Part shown: positions 62,401 through 64,000 of the stretch, piece after piece | How the letters are laid out: every line of letters starts with the position of its first letter | How positions within the stretch are numbered: the stretch's first letter is position 1 | Source of the DNA: Anthoceros angustus | Taxonomy: Eukaryota > Plantae > Anthocerotophyta | NCBI GenBank assembly: GCA_010909165.1 | Contig: MU008164.1 | Span: forward strand, 930,001 to 994,000 | DNA: 64,000 nucleotides | Direction: 5' to 3' | The notes under the pieces: model-generated | Databases searched by the model: none | Seen by the model: only the letters and a program-made list of their open reading frames with translations | Told to the model about the DNA's origin: nothing | Program-made: the position numbers and the translations under genes

Positions 62401-64000
62401 CCTCCAAACATCATGCATGTGTGCCACCATGGACGCCTACCCCGCCATTGTAAGCACGATGGTGCCGGCATACATGTTATCGACCGTCTTTGTGGGCATG
62501 ACGGCATAAACCGATTGGATAAACACGGTCCCTACCATGCGGCAACATGTCAACGACATTAATTTCCCGGGCTTGATTCGCCTTGTGATTAAAGGAACAA
62601 ACCTTGATCCGCCTTGCCGATGTGTAATAATAGTGCGCTTGAGGCCCTCGCAGAGAACAAGTAGAAAACCTGTTTGATTTTGGTATCCGGACCTTGGAAA
62701 GTTGTTTCTCCACGGGGTTAAGAAATACGCATAGGAGACGAACTTCATGGAGGACCGTGCCATATCCGTCGATCGGGCCCATATTTCCAACTTGGAAAAT
62801 GTATCGGGCATGTGAAAACATCGACGCTCGCGCCTTTCCGACATGAATTGAAAAGTGGAATCCATCCATGCAACCTGCATGCGATTTAGGGTTGCCGAGG
62901 ATTCCCGCTCCCCCATGGAGCATTGCACAATACTCGGCCTTCAACTCCTCATACCGCTGGAACCTATGCAAGAACTCTCCGAATGCTTGCAAACAACACC
63001 GAATGCGCCCAGCCCATGATATGTGTGATGACCTTCTCCTTAGGTTTCGCGATGTCCACATCCACTAGTGATGCAAAACGCTTCTTGCTCCGCCTCCCCA
63101 TCCTCGATAACGATACTTCTTGCAAGTTTGCCTTGCGAGTTTGCACACGAGCTTGTTGCGGCATGGTTTCAAAGTCCATCGTCACTACCTCGCTATCGCT
63201 TTTGGACAATGGAACCCCACATGCCCGCTTTTTGAATCACCGAATCCACACATCGCTCGCTACAAATGTTTCACTCGGTGGCTTGGGGTGGAAAGAGCAT
63301 CTCTCATTACCCATCCCTTCCGCGATACCGGTCGCAATCGGTGATTCATCGCGAGGTTGAGCCGTCCGACGCTTTCATCCGCTGCAAACAAACCCGCGGC
63401 GCAATGTCGGCGATCGATTTTGTCCTCTTCCTCCATGCCTCGAACTTCCGGACTCCGCTCCATAGAGCATAGAGGTTCACGTTTCTTGGAGTGTGGGGAA
63501 CACACCGAGGAAGTCTTGGTGATGTTTATGCGCCTCCAGCCTTCGCTGTAGAAGTCATCTCAACAGATTCAAGACGCACCACATGGTTTGTCTACAATTC
63601 CAGCCCCTATGAAGTGCGCTTGAGTGTAGACGGAGGACGAAACACACCATCGATGGTCCACATTGCACGGGGTTTGCGGTGTCGCAGATACAAACTTGAC
63701 ACACCCTGCACCGCTGCCGGTATTGCGTTTCCTCTTCCGAGTAGCATCAAAGTCCCTCTCGAATTGCGACATCGCTTTTCCTCGTCCTACAAAATCCGGT
63801 GGAAGCCGATTGTCACTCTGGAGGAACATTTGAAAGCCTATACAATTGCAAACCGAACGGCGATCACCTCAAACGCGTAGCCGTGGAGTTAAGTGTAACA
63901 TCGTGGTGCACTCGAACTCGAGGTCACACTAGTCTCCAACCCGACTACCGCTCAGTTAGAGTCGGTGTGACATATGTAGAGTCTTAGCTAGAAGAGTCAA

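Larger units (their letters stand above)
57200..63500 (-). mobile_element. Degraded DDD-type DNA transposase gene(s), Sola/DUF7869-like; superfamily uncertain
   Basis: AWMDSTF...HMPDTF...YFLTPWRNNFP (62440-63200), then after an apparent intron KYMLTAIGGMDQKK, NDANLTINII, LPKVLYLQLDN..ENKN and FLLVGHTHD. A C-terminal PRRDMYLG domain appears twice (about 57600 and 58800). Confidence 0.6.

Noticed and set aside
1-64000. tRNA, rRNA or snRNA genes
   Set aside because: None recognised by eye; a tRNAscan-SE or Infernal/Rfam scan would be needed to exclude them.

Overview
Eukaryotic nuclear DNA from a non-seed land plant; the GRP-ending DYW:KP protein points to a hornwort, fern or lycophyte. Host genes: the 5' part of a GRF zinc-finger gene (runs off the window), a PLS-class PPR gene with a DYW:KP 'GRP' deaminase domain and two N-terminal OSB-type PDF motifs, a PPR remnant, VPS52, a SULTR4-type sulfate transporter, a secreted acidic proline-rich protein and a RING-H2 gene. 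From about 28 kb onward the window is mostly transposons: a MULE, two CACTA remnants, a nested full-length Ty1/copia element, CRE-like RLE non-LTR fragments and a Sola/DUF7869-like transposase. Repeated sequence carries many 1-nt indels and several 0.26-1.1 kb tandem duplications, while the single-copy exons I translated are clean. Many frameshifts may therefore be unpolished long-read errors. Best leads: (1) the PDF-motif + PPR + DYW:KP fusion; (2) a copia element with AG...CT rather than TG...CA LTR ends and a long leader holding a possible antisense ORF; (3) a CRE-like family with a defined repeat tail. All protein family calls are from motif recognition by eye; no database searches were run.
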